Part shown: piece by piece, positions 1-11,350 of the stretch
Layout: each line of letters starts with the position of its first letter
How positions within the stretch are numbered: position 1 is the stretch's first letter
Source of the DNA: Torpedo marmorata
Taxonomy: Eukaryota
Length of the DNA stretch: 64,000 nt
Assembly (NCBI GenBank): GCA_977017645.1
Contig: OZ360245.1
Location: 20,088,001-20,152,000 of the forward strand
Reading direction: 5' to 3'
The notes under the pieces: model-generated
What the model was told of the DNA's origin: nothing
What the model saw: the letters and a program-made list of their open reading frames with translations, nothing else
The model's database searches: none
Position numbers and translations under genes: made by a program

Positions 1-563
1 TGCCCGAAACTCTTGTTTCTGCCCAGATGCTGGGTAACCTGAGTTTATCAGCTTTTGCATGTTAGATTTCCAATATCATTGCTTTGGTTTTGGGGTTTGC
101 TTTCTTTCTAGGTTTTCATTTCTGATCTGGCATTCTTGGTTTCCTTTAATTATATATACATTTCATTTTGCTCTCGCATACACCTTTTTTGAATATTCAA
201 TATACAGGTATTGACAAATTTTGAATAAGATGTACAAATAAGAGTACGAGTCATTAAAGGAAAAAAACTGTGGAGTGGGCACACTACCGCAGAATCCTTT
301 GCCATCTCTGAAATGCTGTACGTTTCCTGCAGAATATTAATGTCGTGACCATGCTAACAACTACCGGTAGTCAAAATGAGAGGTGAATTAGAAGCAGCAG
401 ATAATTGTGATGATCTTGTAAATCATTCGTTGTAAATGCCATTAAATTTGCAGGTCTTGGCGGTTGCCCATGTGGCATGCTTAATTCTATTATTTTAAAT
501 TGGCAAGCTTGATATTCTGGACAGAAACTGAGTTTTAAGAAGTGGAAGCATTCAATGTAAATA

Positions 564-771
564 CAGGTATACCCCACTTTACGAATACTCGCTTTACAAA
601 AATTTGCTTTTACGAAGAAACCTGTGTTCGCTATCCGAAAGAAATTTGAATGAGTTTTCGCTTTTACGAAAATAGCCTTCAATAGTAGTGAATGGGTCTT
701 CGCTTTACGCCATTTCAGCTTACGAAAGGTTTCATAGGAACGCTCTACTTTCGTAAAGCGGGGTATACCTG
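564..771. mobile_element. Tigger/pogo-type MITE (208 bp)
   Basis: 22-bp TIRs CAGGTATACCCC(A/G)CTTTACGAA, 21/22 match, flanked by TA at 562-563 and 772-773; no ORF. Confidence 0.85.
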
Positions 772-911
772 TACATCGATCAAGAGTTTTATCAGTGTTT
801 CACACTTAGGTTCTTATTCTACCTTTAGACTGATCCATATCAGGAACTCCTTGACAAAATTCTGAAACAACATAAAATGTTGAACGTTTGGACTTGTGCA
901 TTATTCAAATA

Positions 912-2882
912 CCATATATTTTGGCGTATAAGTCGACCCCCCCCCCCTTTTTCAGCCTCATTTTAATGGTTTTATTGTATATCGGACGTATAAGTCAACC
1001 CCCAAAAATCGCGGTGCCTGAGATATACCATATATTTTGGCGTATAAGTCGACGCGGATAAGTCGACCCCCCCCCCCTTTTTCAGCCTCATTTTAATGGT
1101 TTTATTGTATATCGGACGTATAAGTCAACCCCCAAAAATCGCGGTGCCTGAGATGCTGGGCGTTGGCTGGAGGTGATTGTTATCATGGAGCCTCCATTGA
1201 AACGACGAAAGTATGAGGTGAGTTTTAAATTAAAAGTGATAGAAATGGCCAAGAAAACCAACGACTGTGCTGCTGCAAGAAAATTTGATATATGAGAAGT
1301 TGGTAAGAGATTGGAGGAAGAAAGAAGAGACTTTAAGAAAAATACCAAAAAGGCAATGTTCGATGAGAAGAGGAATCACTCATTGGCTAGAGTTGGAAAA
1401 TCATGTCGCAGCATGGGTACGTGAACAGAGGCAAGATTGCTACATAGTCACCCGAAATAAAATAAGAACATTTGCACTGAAGTGGGCAAAGTCGCACCCA
1501 GAATTCAGTAAAGATTTTGAAGCTACAGTAGGCTGGTGCAACCGTTTCATGAACAGGAAAAATCTGGTATTGCGACAAAAAACAAAAATTGCTCAGAACC
1601 TACCAAAAGATCTTGATCATAAAGTTAAGTTTTCACCAGTTTATTTTACGTAACCGGCAGAAACAAGTTTGCATTGGCAAATATTGGAAACATGGACGAA
1701 ACCACCATGAATTTTGACATGATAGGCAATAGAACAGTGGAATGGAAAGGTGAAAACTGCAAACCAGGAGTACAGGCCATGAAAGGACCAGGTTTACTGT
1801 GGTGTTATCGTGCATGGCCGACGGGACAAAGTTAAGACCCATGGTAATCTTCAAATGCAAATTTCAAGATTCAATTTATTGTCACAGCAATAAGACAGTG
1901 TCATATACCACAAAATTTCTTTTTGCCTGCTGCAAGGCAGACAGACAAAAATTTAAACCTAAAATAAAATTCCCTGCAGGTATTTTTGTACATTTTCATG
2001 AAAGGATGGATGAAAATGGTGTAAAACTATGGATAGACAATGTGTGGAACAGGTGGCCAGGCGGTTTACGCAAGGAACGGAGTTTGCTGGTCTGGGATAT
2101 GTTTCGTAGCCACTTAACTGAGAACACTAAAAGTAGATTAGCACAACATAATACTTACATGGCGGTTATCCCGGGTGGTTTGATGTCTATATTGTAACCT
2201 CTCGATGTCTGCTTGAACAAGCCATTCAAAGACCACGTGCGTAAAGAGTGGAATACATGGATGTCGAGTGCAGAAACATCATTTACAAAAGGCGGGGCAA
2301 TGCGTGCTGCATCGCTTGATGTGCTGTGACTTTGTGCTCAAGGCATGGGACAAAGTGAAAGTAGAGACTAATAAAATCGTTTAAAAAGTGCAGTATCTCT
2401 TGTGCAATTGATGGTACGGAAGATGATTTATTGTGGGACACTGACGACGAAGCTGAAGCCGCGTCATCAGATACAGACTGGGACCCGTATGATGACTGTT
2501 TAAACTGAAACGCCGGATGTGCTTGCCGAGATCTTTACCTCAGACGATGATAGCGAAAGTGATTTTGAAGGGTTCTGAATGCGTTGTTGTTTTCAATAAA
2601 AATGTCAATGAAAATTTGTTGCAGTCAGGTTTTTTGTTTTTCAAGTGTCGACTTATACGGCGAATCGGGTTTTCAAGGGTTGACTTATACGCCGAATTGG
2701 GTTTTCAAGGGTCGACTTAAGCCAAATCGGGTTTTCAAGGGTCGACTTATACGCCGAATCAGCGTGGAGCGGTTTTTGAGCTGATTTTAAGGACTCAAAA
2801 GTATATCCGGCATATAAGTTGACCCCCGTTTTTTGAGATTTTTGAGGGTTTCAAGACTCGACTTATATGCCGAAATATACAG
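912..2882 (+). mobile_element. pogo-superfamily DD35D (Passer/POGK-like) DNA transposon, copy 1, degraded
   Basis: TIRs CCATATATTTTGGCGTATAAGTCG and CGACTTATATGCCGAAATATACAG with TA flanks. Transposase pieces ~1185-2577: Brinker-like N-terminus, CENP-B HTH (ATVGWCNRFMNR), NMDET, VWD, PLD. Several stops and frameshifts. Confidence 0.9.
1864..1946 (-). mobile_element. Short retroelement 3' end inserted into the transposase of pogo copy 1
   Basis: Absent from copy 2 at the matching site (~34905); reverse complement ends TGACAATAAATTGAATCTTGA, like the Rex-type tails elsewhere in the window. Confidence 0.65.
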
Positions 2883-3157
2883 TAGATTTATAACTGGTTT
2901 ACATAATTTTATCCCTCTATGAAATTTTGCATGATATACTTAGAATGTTTTGAAGATAATAATCGTATAAATATGTTTTTGATTTCCTTTATTAAAGCAA
3001 ATCTGTAAGTATTCTAGGTAATTAAGAGCTGCAATTTATTTTGCCATTGAGTGCATGAGTGTTATAAGGTATGCCTGCTCTTGGAACTTTGTATTTGATC
3101 ATTAGGTAACAAATCTTGTCTTTTAAAAACTAAATTAAAACTTTTCCCCCTCCCCAG

Positions 3158-3293
3158 TTGATTGAGGAAACAAAGATTGTGATTGTACCATCAGTGAACC
3201 CTGATGGTAGAGAAATTGCACAAGAGGGCCAGTGCACATCGAAAGTCGGGCAAACAAACGCACACGGCAAAGATCTCGACGCTGATTTCACAG
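3158..3293 (+). CDS. CPD: Carboxypeptidase D internal exon (CP domain III): LIEETKIVIVPSVNPDGREIAQEGQCTSKVGQTNAHGKDLDADFT
   Basis: Pyrimidine tract plus AG at 3156-3157, GT at 3294; translation resembles human CPD IVIVPSLNPDGRE...GKDLDTDFT; phase fits the next exon. Upstream exons lie outside the window. Confidence 0.95.
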
Positions 3294-4105
3294 GTAGTCT
3301 ATCAGAACAGTTGACTGTTTGATTTGAAATAGTGATCCAGAGTGCTGTCGTTCAACATTCCTTCTCCAGAACAGTTATCATTTTTGATATGCAAGCTAAT
3401 GTTACAAAAATACCTTGGCATGTTGCAAGTCCGGCACTTCAAGCTATTTTTGGTTATTCTTGCTGATGATATCAATTTAGTTGGTTCAAATCTTGTGAAT
3501 TAATAAATCCTGGGCATATATGCTTTTTGCACCTATCAAATGTAGATTTTTTTTTAGAGCAAGTGTGTGGTTTGGGAGTATTGTTTGTCGCTATGTCATT
3601 CTGGTGAATTTGCCTTGGGCCTGTGTTGAAACTCGCTCAATCCTGACTACTATTGTTTTAACAATATAGAATGGTATTAAATTAACTGTTTTATTGCAGT
3701 AAAACGGAGAAGTTATAAAGGCTGGCTTCAGAATTGGTGTTCATAATACATCCAGTGATCAATATTTACTTTGGCCACAGACAATTTTAAACAATAAACT
3801 TACTCCACATCATTCAAAAATGTCTTTGTTTTGAGAGTGTTTTATAAACTTTGGTTTTAATGCAAGAAATTATCATTGATAATTCTGGTTAGTTAAACAT
3901 AATTTAAAATTTTAAGTGATTGGTACATTAGTTTGTGATATGTACAGAATATGTAACAAGAATGCAATTTTCTTATTCAACTCTTAAGTACTCAGGCCAG
4001 TTTTTCCATTGTGCCTTTACGTTGAATAGAAAGAATGAGTTTTGCTTGAGAGTACTTCTTGACCAGGCTGTAGATGCAATTAATGGTAACCTTGTATTTT
4101 ACTAG

Positions 4106-4255
4106 GGAACTCATCTGATCAGTTAGCAAAGATGCAGCCTGAGACCAGAGACATTGTCAGGAACCTGATCCTCAATCAAGGATTCACACTATCTGTTGTC
4201 TTAGATGGTGGCTCTCTTCTTGCCACATATCCTTACGATAAGCCTGTACAAACAG
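4106..4255 (+). CDS. CPD: Carboxypeptidase D exon: (G)NSSDQLAKMQPETRDIVRNLILNQGFTLSVVLDGGSLLATYPYDKPVQT
   Basis: AG/GT boundaries, phase 1-1; resembles human QPETKAII...LDGGSMLVTYPYDKPVQT. Confidence 0.95.
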
Positions 4256-4379
4256 GTATGTATCTACCATATAGCCACATCTCTAGTCTATTATAGGCAA
4301 AGGTATTGTTCACTATGAAGTGACATCAGCTGGAAAGGTTCTTTTGTATCTGTCAAGTGAGAATGAGATTGAGGGGTGA

Positions 4380-5720
4380 GGTCGGGTCACCATCCCCTGC
4401 ACTAGGCCCTAATAACCTTCCATTGCCTCTGTTGGGCAAGCCATATTGTTAGTGTGCCCAACGAAGGGAGGGGCTGACATAGTCTTGCATACTGACTTCT
4501 ACCTTGCAGAGGTTAGATGCCACTTTTCTGACACCGTCTGGACCATGACCCCATGAATGAATAACCAGGGCACCATTTTCTGGACTGTTACAGATCTCAT
4601 TAGGAGATCTTCCTTCCACAGTCTCCACCCTCCAAGTTTCCCAACCGTGGACTGCCAATTCAATCTATCTCAGATCCATAAGCAGGATTGTCCTGGTATG
4701 CCCATTGTTTCTGCCTACTCTTGCCCTGACAAACTCATTTCTTCATGCCTGTATCCAGGACACCTCTTGTGCACTCCACTATTTTGATAACTTCTAATTC
4801 CCTGGACCCATCTGGCCCATGCTTTCCATGGACATCTTGTGTCTACATACGTCCATCCCCTATCAAGAAGACCTTGGCATCCTCAGTTTCTTCCTTGAAC
4901 AAAAATCCAACCAGTTTCCATCGACTGATATTGTCATCTACTTGGCAGAATTTGTCCTTGCCCTCAACAACCTATTTTTTGATTCTTCCCACTACCTAAG
5001 ATCAAAGCACTTGCTAAGATAAAAAAAAAGCACTAAGATCAAAGCACTTGCTAAGATAAAAAAAAAGCACTAAGATCAAAGCCCAGTTTCATCTGTCTTT
5101 TTGTCAGTTATGTGGTCAGTCCGTGTCCCAAGCTTACACCGCTTACAAGCAGTGCACCTACACGTAAACGACTTCTCCACTACATTGATGTATTGGTGCT
5201 GCCTCCTGGTCATTTTCATAATCTTTGCCACCAACTTCCACCCTATCCTCAAATTCCCGTCGACTATCTCTGACGCTTCCTTTTCTGGATTTCTGCCTCC
5301 ATCTCGGGAGATACTCTTGGCACTGACACATAAACCCACTAACTCTCACAGCTGCCTCGACTAACCTCCTCCCAACACACCTCCTGGAAGGATGTCATCC
5401 CCTTCCCCCACTTTCTCCATTTAACACTCCCACACTGATCTCTGTCCTCTGCCTTCTGTTTCTGGTGAGGTGAAACGCAAATCGGAAGAACATCATTTCG
5501 TATTTCATTTGGGTAGCTCATTGGTATGAACATTGAATTTTCTAATTTCAGGTCACACACACCCCTGGTGCTCTTTCCTCTCAAACGCTCCCCTGTCCAT
5601 CTAGTTTTCCTGTCCCTTCTACTTTCCACCCCCACTGCTCCACCTGATTCCATCTGCCCATCATCCCTCCCTCGCCTGCTGCTTCCCATCATCTCCAGCC
5701 ACTATACCAACCCCTCCTTT
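4380..5720 (+). mobile_element. Degenerate Penelope-like element (RT remnant); boundaries approximate
   Basis: ORF 4819-5022 (MDILCLHTSIP...FPSTDIVIYLAEFVLALNNLFFDSSHY) is PLE-RT-like; downstream part resembles the PLE at 47999-49344 (FATNFHPILKF). Confidence 0.7.
4996..5082. repeat. 37-bp tandem duplication (~2.3 copies)
   Basis: CTAAGATCAAAGCACTTGCTAAGATAAAAAAAAAGCA at 4996 and 5033, partial at 5070. Confidence 0.9.
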
Positions 5721-6635
5721 GTACTGTTACTGTGTGATGTGATATTGCTATTATTAGTTACATAAGAGTTCGAGCATATTGTTGTTTGTAGAAACCAATA
5801 TAATGTGAAGACCAGTGTTTGCTCCCTTAAAGGTGATATGTTTGTATTTTAGTTTCAATTTTGAAATGTGAAGCAAATTGTAAAGTGGATCTGGCAATGT
5901 AGCATTTAGTGTTGGTGTGATCATGTTGCATCCTGGTCAAAGCTCACATATTCCTTTCTTCTCGACTTCAAAATAGTGAATTCATGATCTAAGCATGAGT
6001 GAGCATTTCATGTGGAGAAGCTGATGGAAAAATCAGTCCTTTATCCTCTTCAAAAATTATGGAACAAGACTAGCAGCTCAAAATCCTGAAATGAGACATA
6101 AACCACCAATCTATAACTTTTAAATTCTGTCAGTTGCATATTTGGTTCTTCAGAGTGATTAAAAGATCAAATTTATTGCATGCAATGTTAAAGAATCATG
6201 TGCAAGAGTTTGTAATTTGGGAATTTCTCGGGGGTTGCAGCCTTTAAATGCAAATGTAGTTTTAATGTTGATTACATTGTTTCTTTCCATTTGTGGCTGC
6301 TTTATAAACTGGGCGATTTCACCTTCAGATACATTTGCTAATCATATCTATTTGTTGATAGTGTAAGATGTATGGATTTTAATCGAGTGAGGTAGGAAGA
6401 GAAATGTGGAAGAAAATAGATCTGCTATCTTGTACATTCCAAAACTCTGTCAAGAATTACAATTTGTGAACAATTTTAGCAGAGCATTAAAGATATCATT
6501 CCAATATGTCTTGTGTATGAGAGAGAAGGGGGTATTTTTGTTATCAGCAATGTTTTCTAATAGCATGTTTTGTAAATGTGGAATATTATTGCATAAAATA
6601 CTTTGACCTCCATGCAATACTGTTTTCTTCAACAG

Positions 6636-6731
6636 TGGAGAATGAGGAAACCCTAAAATATCTGGCAAATGTGTACTCTCTTAATCACCCTAAAATGCAT
6701 CTGGGTCACCCAGGATGTCCCAACAACACAG
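6636..6731 (+). CDS. CPD: Carboxypeptidase D exon: (V)ENEETLKYLANVYSLNHPKMHLGHPGCPNNT
   Basis: CAG acceptor, GTAAG donor; resembles human VENKETLKHLASLYANNHPSMHMG. Confidence 0.95.
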
Positions 6732-6756
6732 GTAAGAAGTTAAAGTGAAATTAAAT

Positions 6757-7010
6757 ACATAGAACATACAACAGTACAGCTCAGGAACAGGTCTTTTGGC
6801 CCACGATGTCTGTACTGAATGTGATGCCAAATTAAACGAAATCTCTGCTACTTGTACATGACACATATCCATCTATTCCCTGCCTATTCATGTGCCTATC
6901 TAGGTTTAAATACTGCTATTATCTGCTTCCAGCACTATCCCCGGCTGCCCATTCCAGACACTCACCACTCTGTTACTATAAAATACTCATCCCACACATC
7001 TCCTCTGAAC
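6757..7010 (-). mobile_element. CR1-type LINE 3' end remnant
   Basis: Reverse complement ends GGGCCAAAAGACCTGTTCCTGAGCTGTACTGTTATGTTCTATG, matching other CR1-type tails in the window. Confidence 0.6.
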
Positions 7011-7878
7011 TCTGCTGTTTTCACCACCCCATTCCCTACCCTGTTGTGTGTTCATATGTTCTTTGAAATGAGCCTTCATGGTGTAAAACCTGTTGTCCGA
7101 ATGTGTGAAAGTTTTATTAGTAAATTTGCAATTGATTTTCATGGAGAAATTTGTTCCCAGAGAAATAAACCTGCATTTATTGAAAATTACAAGCCTTTTG
7201 ACATTTTATTCTGACTGCTGTAGGGGAAGTTAACTTTTGGAAATGTTATTGGTATTTAGTAGTGTAATGTATTTGGAAAATCTAATCATAATCAACTTCT
7301 ATCTTGAATAAAAAGTAACTTTCCACTCTATGTGGACTGATTTAAGTGGAATGTTACTATTTTCCAATTGTGTTGCAGTTCCCGTAGGGAAATTTCAATT
7401 CGGCACAGTCATTTTGTCTTTCCAGTTTCATTGAGATGTTTACTCATCGTGTCTCTTCTGTCAGAAAAGGTTAATGCGTGCTGAGTTTGTTAACATCAAT
7501 GCCCCATTCGAATCACGAAGCTTGATCACAGATTCCAAATGTGAGGAAGGAAACAAAACTTGAAATTGTAGAATGCCTCATCTTTAGTAAAGGAAAGGGG
7601 AAATTGAGCATCCTTGTACGCCACCAAAAGGGGAAGTATTCTTGCAGACAGAGAGACTGTGGATTGTACTCCAAAAATACAAAATAGTCTGTGGGCTATT
7701 TGTCCATCTTTGCATAAACCTTCCAGTAAAATAGTGAGCATTCATTTCTGTTGATCAAATCAATCATGAGAAAATTATGAAAATCATTATTGTTGAATTT
7801 GCTATCATATTCTACTATAGCATGTATGATTGCTTCTGGCATCTTAAGTTTGTCGCTCACTGATTTAATGTGTTACAG

Positions 7879-7943
7879 ATGAAAGCATTCCTGGTGGTGT
7901 AGTACGCGGTGCCCAGTGGCATGGCCACATGTACAGCATGAAG
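7879..7943 (+). CDS. CPD: Carboxypeptidase D exon: (D)ESIPGGVVRGAQWHGHMYSMK
   Basis: CAG acceptor, GTGAG donor; resembles human DENIPGGVMRGAEWHSHLGSMK. Confidence 0.95.
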
Positions 7944-8720
7944 GTGAGCAATTGTCAGCATTGCATGAAATGAGGCTGGGAAAAAAATCGTGTGGGGGAG
8001 GGGGGGAGTTGCTTAGTCACTGTAAAATTGCCACGTTCTACTTTTAAATCCTAGGCTTTGATTGGCTGAACAAAAGCAGCCACAGTGTGCTTTTGCTGTA
8101 CTGCCCTCTCGTGGAGGTTTGCGTGTTGTGATAACATTTTAGTTGTTGAGACATTCCTTTCACAAACTTAAGTCGTGCAAACTTGTGCAGTGTTAAGCAT
8201 TTTGAAGTGACGCATGAAAGACTTTTTATCATAAGGGCAGATATTAATTAGTGGTAAATAGGAAAATCTGCAGATGCTGGTGTCCAGTGCAAGAGTAACT
8301 CAGTCGTCACAGCATCTATAGAAAGTAAAAGTCAGTTGACATTTTGGGCCTGGGCCCTTCAGGAGTGTTGAAAATCAGACAGATGTTTGAATATCAAGTT
8401 GATAGGATAGTTAAGAAGGCCTATGAGATGCTGGTCTTCATTAGTCGGGGAATTGAGTTTGAGTCGAGAGATCATGCTGCAGCTCTACAAATCTCTGGTG
8501 AGACCACACTTAGAATATTGTGTTCAGTCTGGTCACCTCATTATAGGAACGATGTGGAAGCTATGGAGAGGGTGCAGAGGAGATTTGCCTGGATTGGAAA
8601 ATATGTCTTGTGAGACAAGGTTAGCAGAGTGAAGAAGGATGAGCTGACTTAATGGAGGTCTACAAGATTCTGAAACGCATAGTTAAGTTAGACAGCCAGT
8701 GCCTTTTTTCCAAGGTGGTA

Positions 8721-10305
8721 CAGGTGCCTAACCTGAAATTCTGAAAGCCGAACATTTTTTCAGTATATTTTCAGGTGTTTAGCTTAGTTTGAGCCAGTTA
8801 ATGTTTGAAGTTTTAATGTGTTTTACTTCGACCATAAAATTACTAGCGTATTTTATTTTTATCTTTATCTCGCTTCATTTATCACCCCCCCCTGCGAAAC
8901 CCCCGTCCAGCGCCGCCGCGAAACCCCCGTCCAGCGCCGCCGCGAAACCCCCGTCCAGCGCCGCCGCGAAACCCCCGTCCAGCGCCGCCGCGAAACCCCC
9001 GTCCAGCGCCGCCGCGAAACCCCCGTCCAGCGCCGCCGCGAAACCCCCGTCCAGCGCCGCCGCGAAACCCCCGTCCAGCGCCGCCGCGAAACCCCCGTCC
9101 AGCGCCGCCGCGAAACCCCCGTCCAGCGCCGCCGCGAAACCCCCGTCCAGCGCCGCCGCGAAACCCCCGTCCAGCGCCGCCGCGAAACCCCCGTCCAGCG
9201 CCGCCGCGAAACCCCCGTCCAGCGCCGCCGCGAAACCCCCGTCCAGCGCCGCCGCGAAACCCCCGTCCAGCGCCGCCGCGAAACCCCCGTCCAGCGCCGC
9301 CGCGAAACCCCCGTCCAGCGCCGCCGCGAAACCCCCGTCCAGCGCCGCCGCGAAACCCCCGTCCAGCGCCGCCGCGAAACCCCCGTCCAGCGCCGCCGCG
9401 AAACCCCCGTCCAGCGCCGCCGCGAAACCCCCGTCCAGCGCCGCCGCGAAACCCCCGTCCAGCGCCGCCGCGAAACCCCCGTCCAGCGCCGCCGCGAAAC
9501 CCCCGTCCAGCGCCGCCGCGAAACCCCCGTCCAGCGCCGCCGCGAAACCCCCGTCCAGCGCCGCCGCGAAACCCCCGTCCAGCGCCGCCGCGAAACCCCC
9601 GTCCAGCGCCGCCGCCCAGAAACCCCCGTCCAGCGCCGCCGCCCAGAAACCCCCCCCGTCCAGCGCCGCCGCCCAGAAACCCCCCCTGTCCAGCGCCGCC
9701 GCCCAGAAACCCCCCCCGTCCAGCGCCGCCGCCCAGAAACCCCCCCGTCCAGCGCCGCCGCCCAGAAACCCCCCCGTCCAGCGCCGCCGCCCAGAAACCC
9801 CCGTCCAGCGCCGCCGCCCAGAAACCCCCGTCCAGCGCCGCCGCCCAGAAACCCCCCCGTCCAGCGCCGCCGCCCAGAAACCCCCCCCGTCCAGCGCCGC
9901 CGCCCAGAAACCCCCCCGTCCAGCGCCGCCGCCCAGAAACCCCCCCCGTCCAGCGCCGCCGCCCAGAAACCCCCCCCCCGTCCAGCGCCGCCGCCCAGAA
10001 ACCCCCCCCGTCCAGCGCCGCCGCCCAGAAACCCCCCCCGTCCAGCGCCGCCGCCCAGAAACCCCCCCCGTCCAGCGCCGCCGCCCAGAAACCCCCCCCG
10101 TCCAGCGCCGCCGCCCAGAAACCCCCCCCGTCCAGCGCCGCCGCCCAGAAACCCTTCTAGTTGGAGTGTGTCTTTGTTTTGCGCGAATCTGAAGCAACAC
10201 AATTATTTAAAAGTACCGCCGTTAAAATAATTCTATAATCTGAAAAAATCGGAATTCCGAAAAGTGTCCGGTTCCAAGGTTTTCAGATAAAAGGTTAGGC
10301 ATCTG
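8721..10305. mobile_element. Non-autonomous Tc1/mariner-pogo (Tigger-like) element carrying a GC-rich minisatellite
   Basis: TA flanks at 8719-8720 and 10306-10307; termini CAGGTGCCTAACC and GGTTAGGCATCTG; right ~74 bp nearly identical, inverted, to the left end of 61435-62337. Confidence 0.88.
8896..10154. repeat. Minisatellite: 30 perfect copies of GAAACCCCCGTCCAGCGCCGCCGC (24 bp), then ~18 variant units of 27-32 bp
   Basis: Directly visible; variant units add CCA and have C-runs of 5-10. Confidence 0.97.
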
Positions 10306-10790
10306 TAGTAGCAAACACCAGAGGACATCTGTACAAAATGAAGGGAGGAAAGTTTAGGGGAGATATCAGGGGTAAGTTTTTTTTTTTTTAATTTTATTTT
10401 TTTTAAAGAGTTGTGGGTTTCTGGAATGTATTGCCAGGGATGTTGTTGGATGCTGGAACAATACGGGCATTTAAGAGACTTCTCGACAGGCACATGGATG
10501 AAAGAAAAATAGAGGGTTATGAGGTAAGGAGGGCTTAGTTTTTGTTAGGTATGAATATTTTGGTCGGCACAACGTCATGGGCTGAAGGACCTGTGCTGTA
10601 ATGTTCTGTGGTCTAACAGGTAAGAGATTGGAGGTGGCGACAGGTTGGGAATATTTTTGTTTTTACTGCTGACTGTTTATACAATTTCCAGTAAAGCTTC
10701 TACCTAAGGAAAAAACAGTAACATGCTTATTGTCTATAAATTGGCCCCTAGTTAAAAGTCATTTGTTTTCTCTTACTTTTGCTCAACTAG

Positions 10791-10922
10791 GATTTTAGTG
10801 TTACCCATGGTCACTGTCCTGAGATCACAGTTTACACAGACTGTTGTAAATTTCCACAAGCAAAAGACCTTGCTGCAATTTGGCATGATAACAAGAAGTC
10901 TCTTCTCAGCATGCTTGTTGAG
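10791..10922 (+). CDS. CPD: Carboxypeptidase D exon: DFSVTHGHCPEITVYTDCCKFPQAKDLAAIWHDNKKSLLSMLVE
   Basis: TAG acceptor, GTAAG donor; resembles human DYSVTYGHCPEITVYTSCC...NKRSLLSMLVE. Confidence 0.96.
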
Positions 10923-11158
10923 GTAAGCATTGAGCATCAAAGCCTGGGCAAGTTGATCAATGGTTGGATATCTGCAGGTTGTATAATATCCCTAATCCTT
11001 TTCAAAATAGTTCTGGCATTTGGGTAAACCACTCCTATTTAAAAATGAAGAGCTGGCTCCAATGTTTCTCTTTTTCCTAAGTACTTTCTTTGCAGTTTGC
11101 CTAATGCAATCGAATGCCATTTTAAGTACCTTACACCATCTTCTAATCTCTCCGCCAG

Positions 11159-11344
11159 GTTCATAAAGGTTTGCGTGGAAAGATTACGGATCATGATGGA
11201 AATCCCATCCCAAAAGCTGATATTATTCTGAATGAAGGTGTTAAAGTTCCAACTTCAGAGGCAGGATATTTCCATGTTCTGCTGGCTCCAGGATCACATC
11301 ATATTGATGCGCTTGCAGAAGGATACCAGCATCAGCGCAAACAG
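11159..11344 (+). CDS. CPD: Carboxypeptidase D exon (transthyretin-like subdomain): VHKGLRGKITDHDGNPIPKADIILNEGVKVPTSEAGYFHVLLAPGSHHIDALAEGYQHQRKQ
   Basis: CAG acceptor, GTATTT donor; overlaps ORF 11171-11365; resembles human VHKGVHG...GYFHVLLAPG. Confidence 0.96.
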
Positions 11345-11350
11345 GTATTT

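Larger units (their letters stand above)
8390..10615 (+). mobile_element. CR1 LINE 3' fragment split by a MITE at 8721-10305
   Basis: ORFs give LYKSLVRPHLEYCVQ and WSPHYRNDVEAMERVQRRF (CR1 ORF2 C-terminus); CR1 sequence resumes after 10307 and ends in a CR1-type tail near 10580-10615. Confidence 0.85.

Noticed and set aside
1-3100. Additional upstream CPD exon
   Set aside because: No segment translating to the expected preceding CPD sequence with splice sites was found.
8789-10230. Four 440-470 aa ORFs on both strands
   Set aside because: Translations of a stop-free GC-rich minisatellite inside a MITE inside an intron; no sign of coding function.
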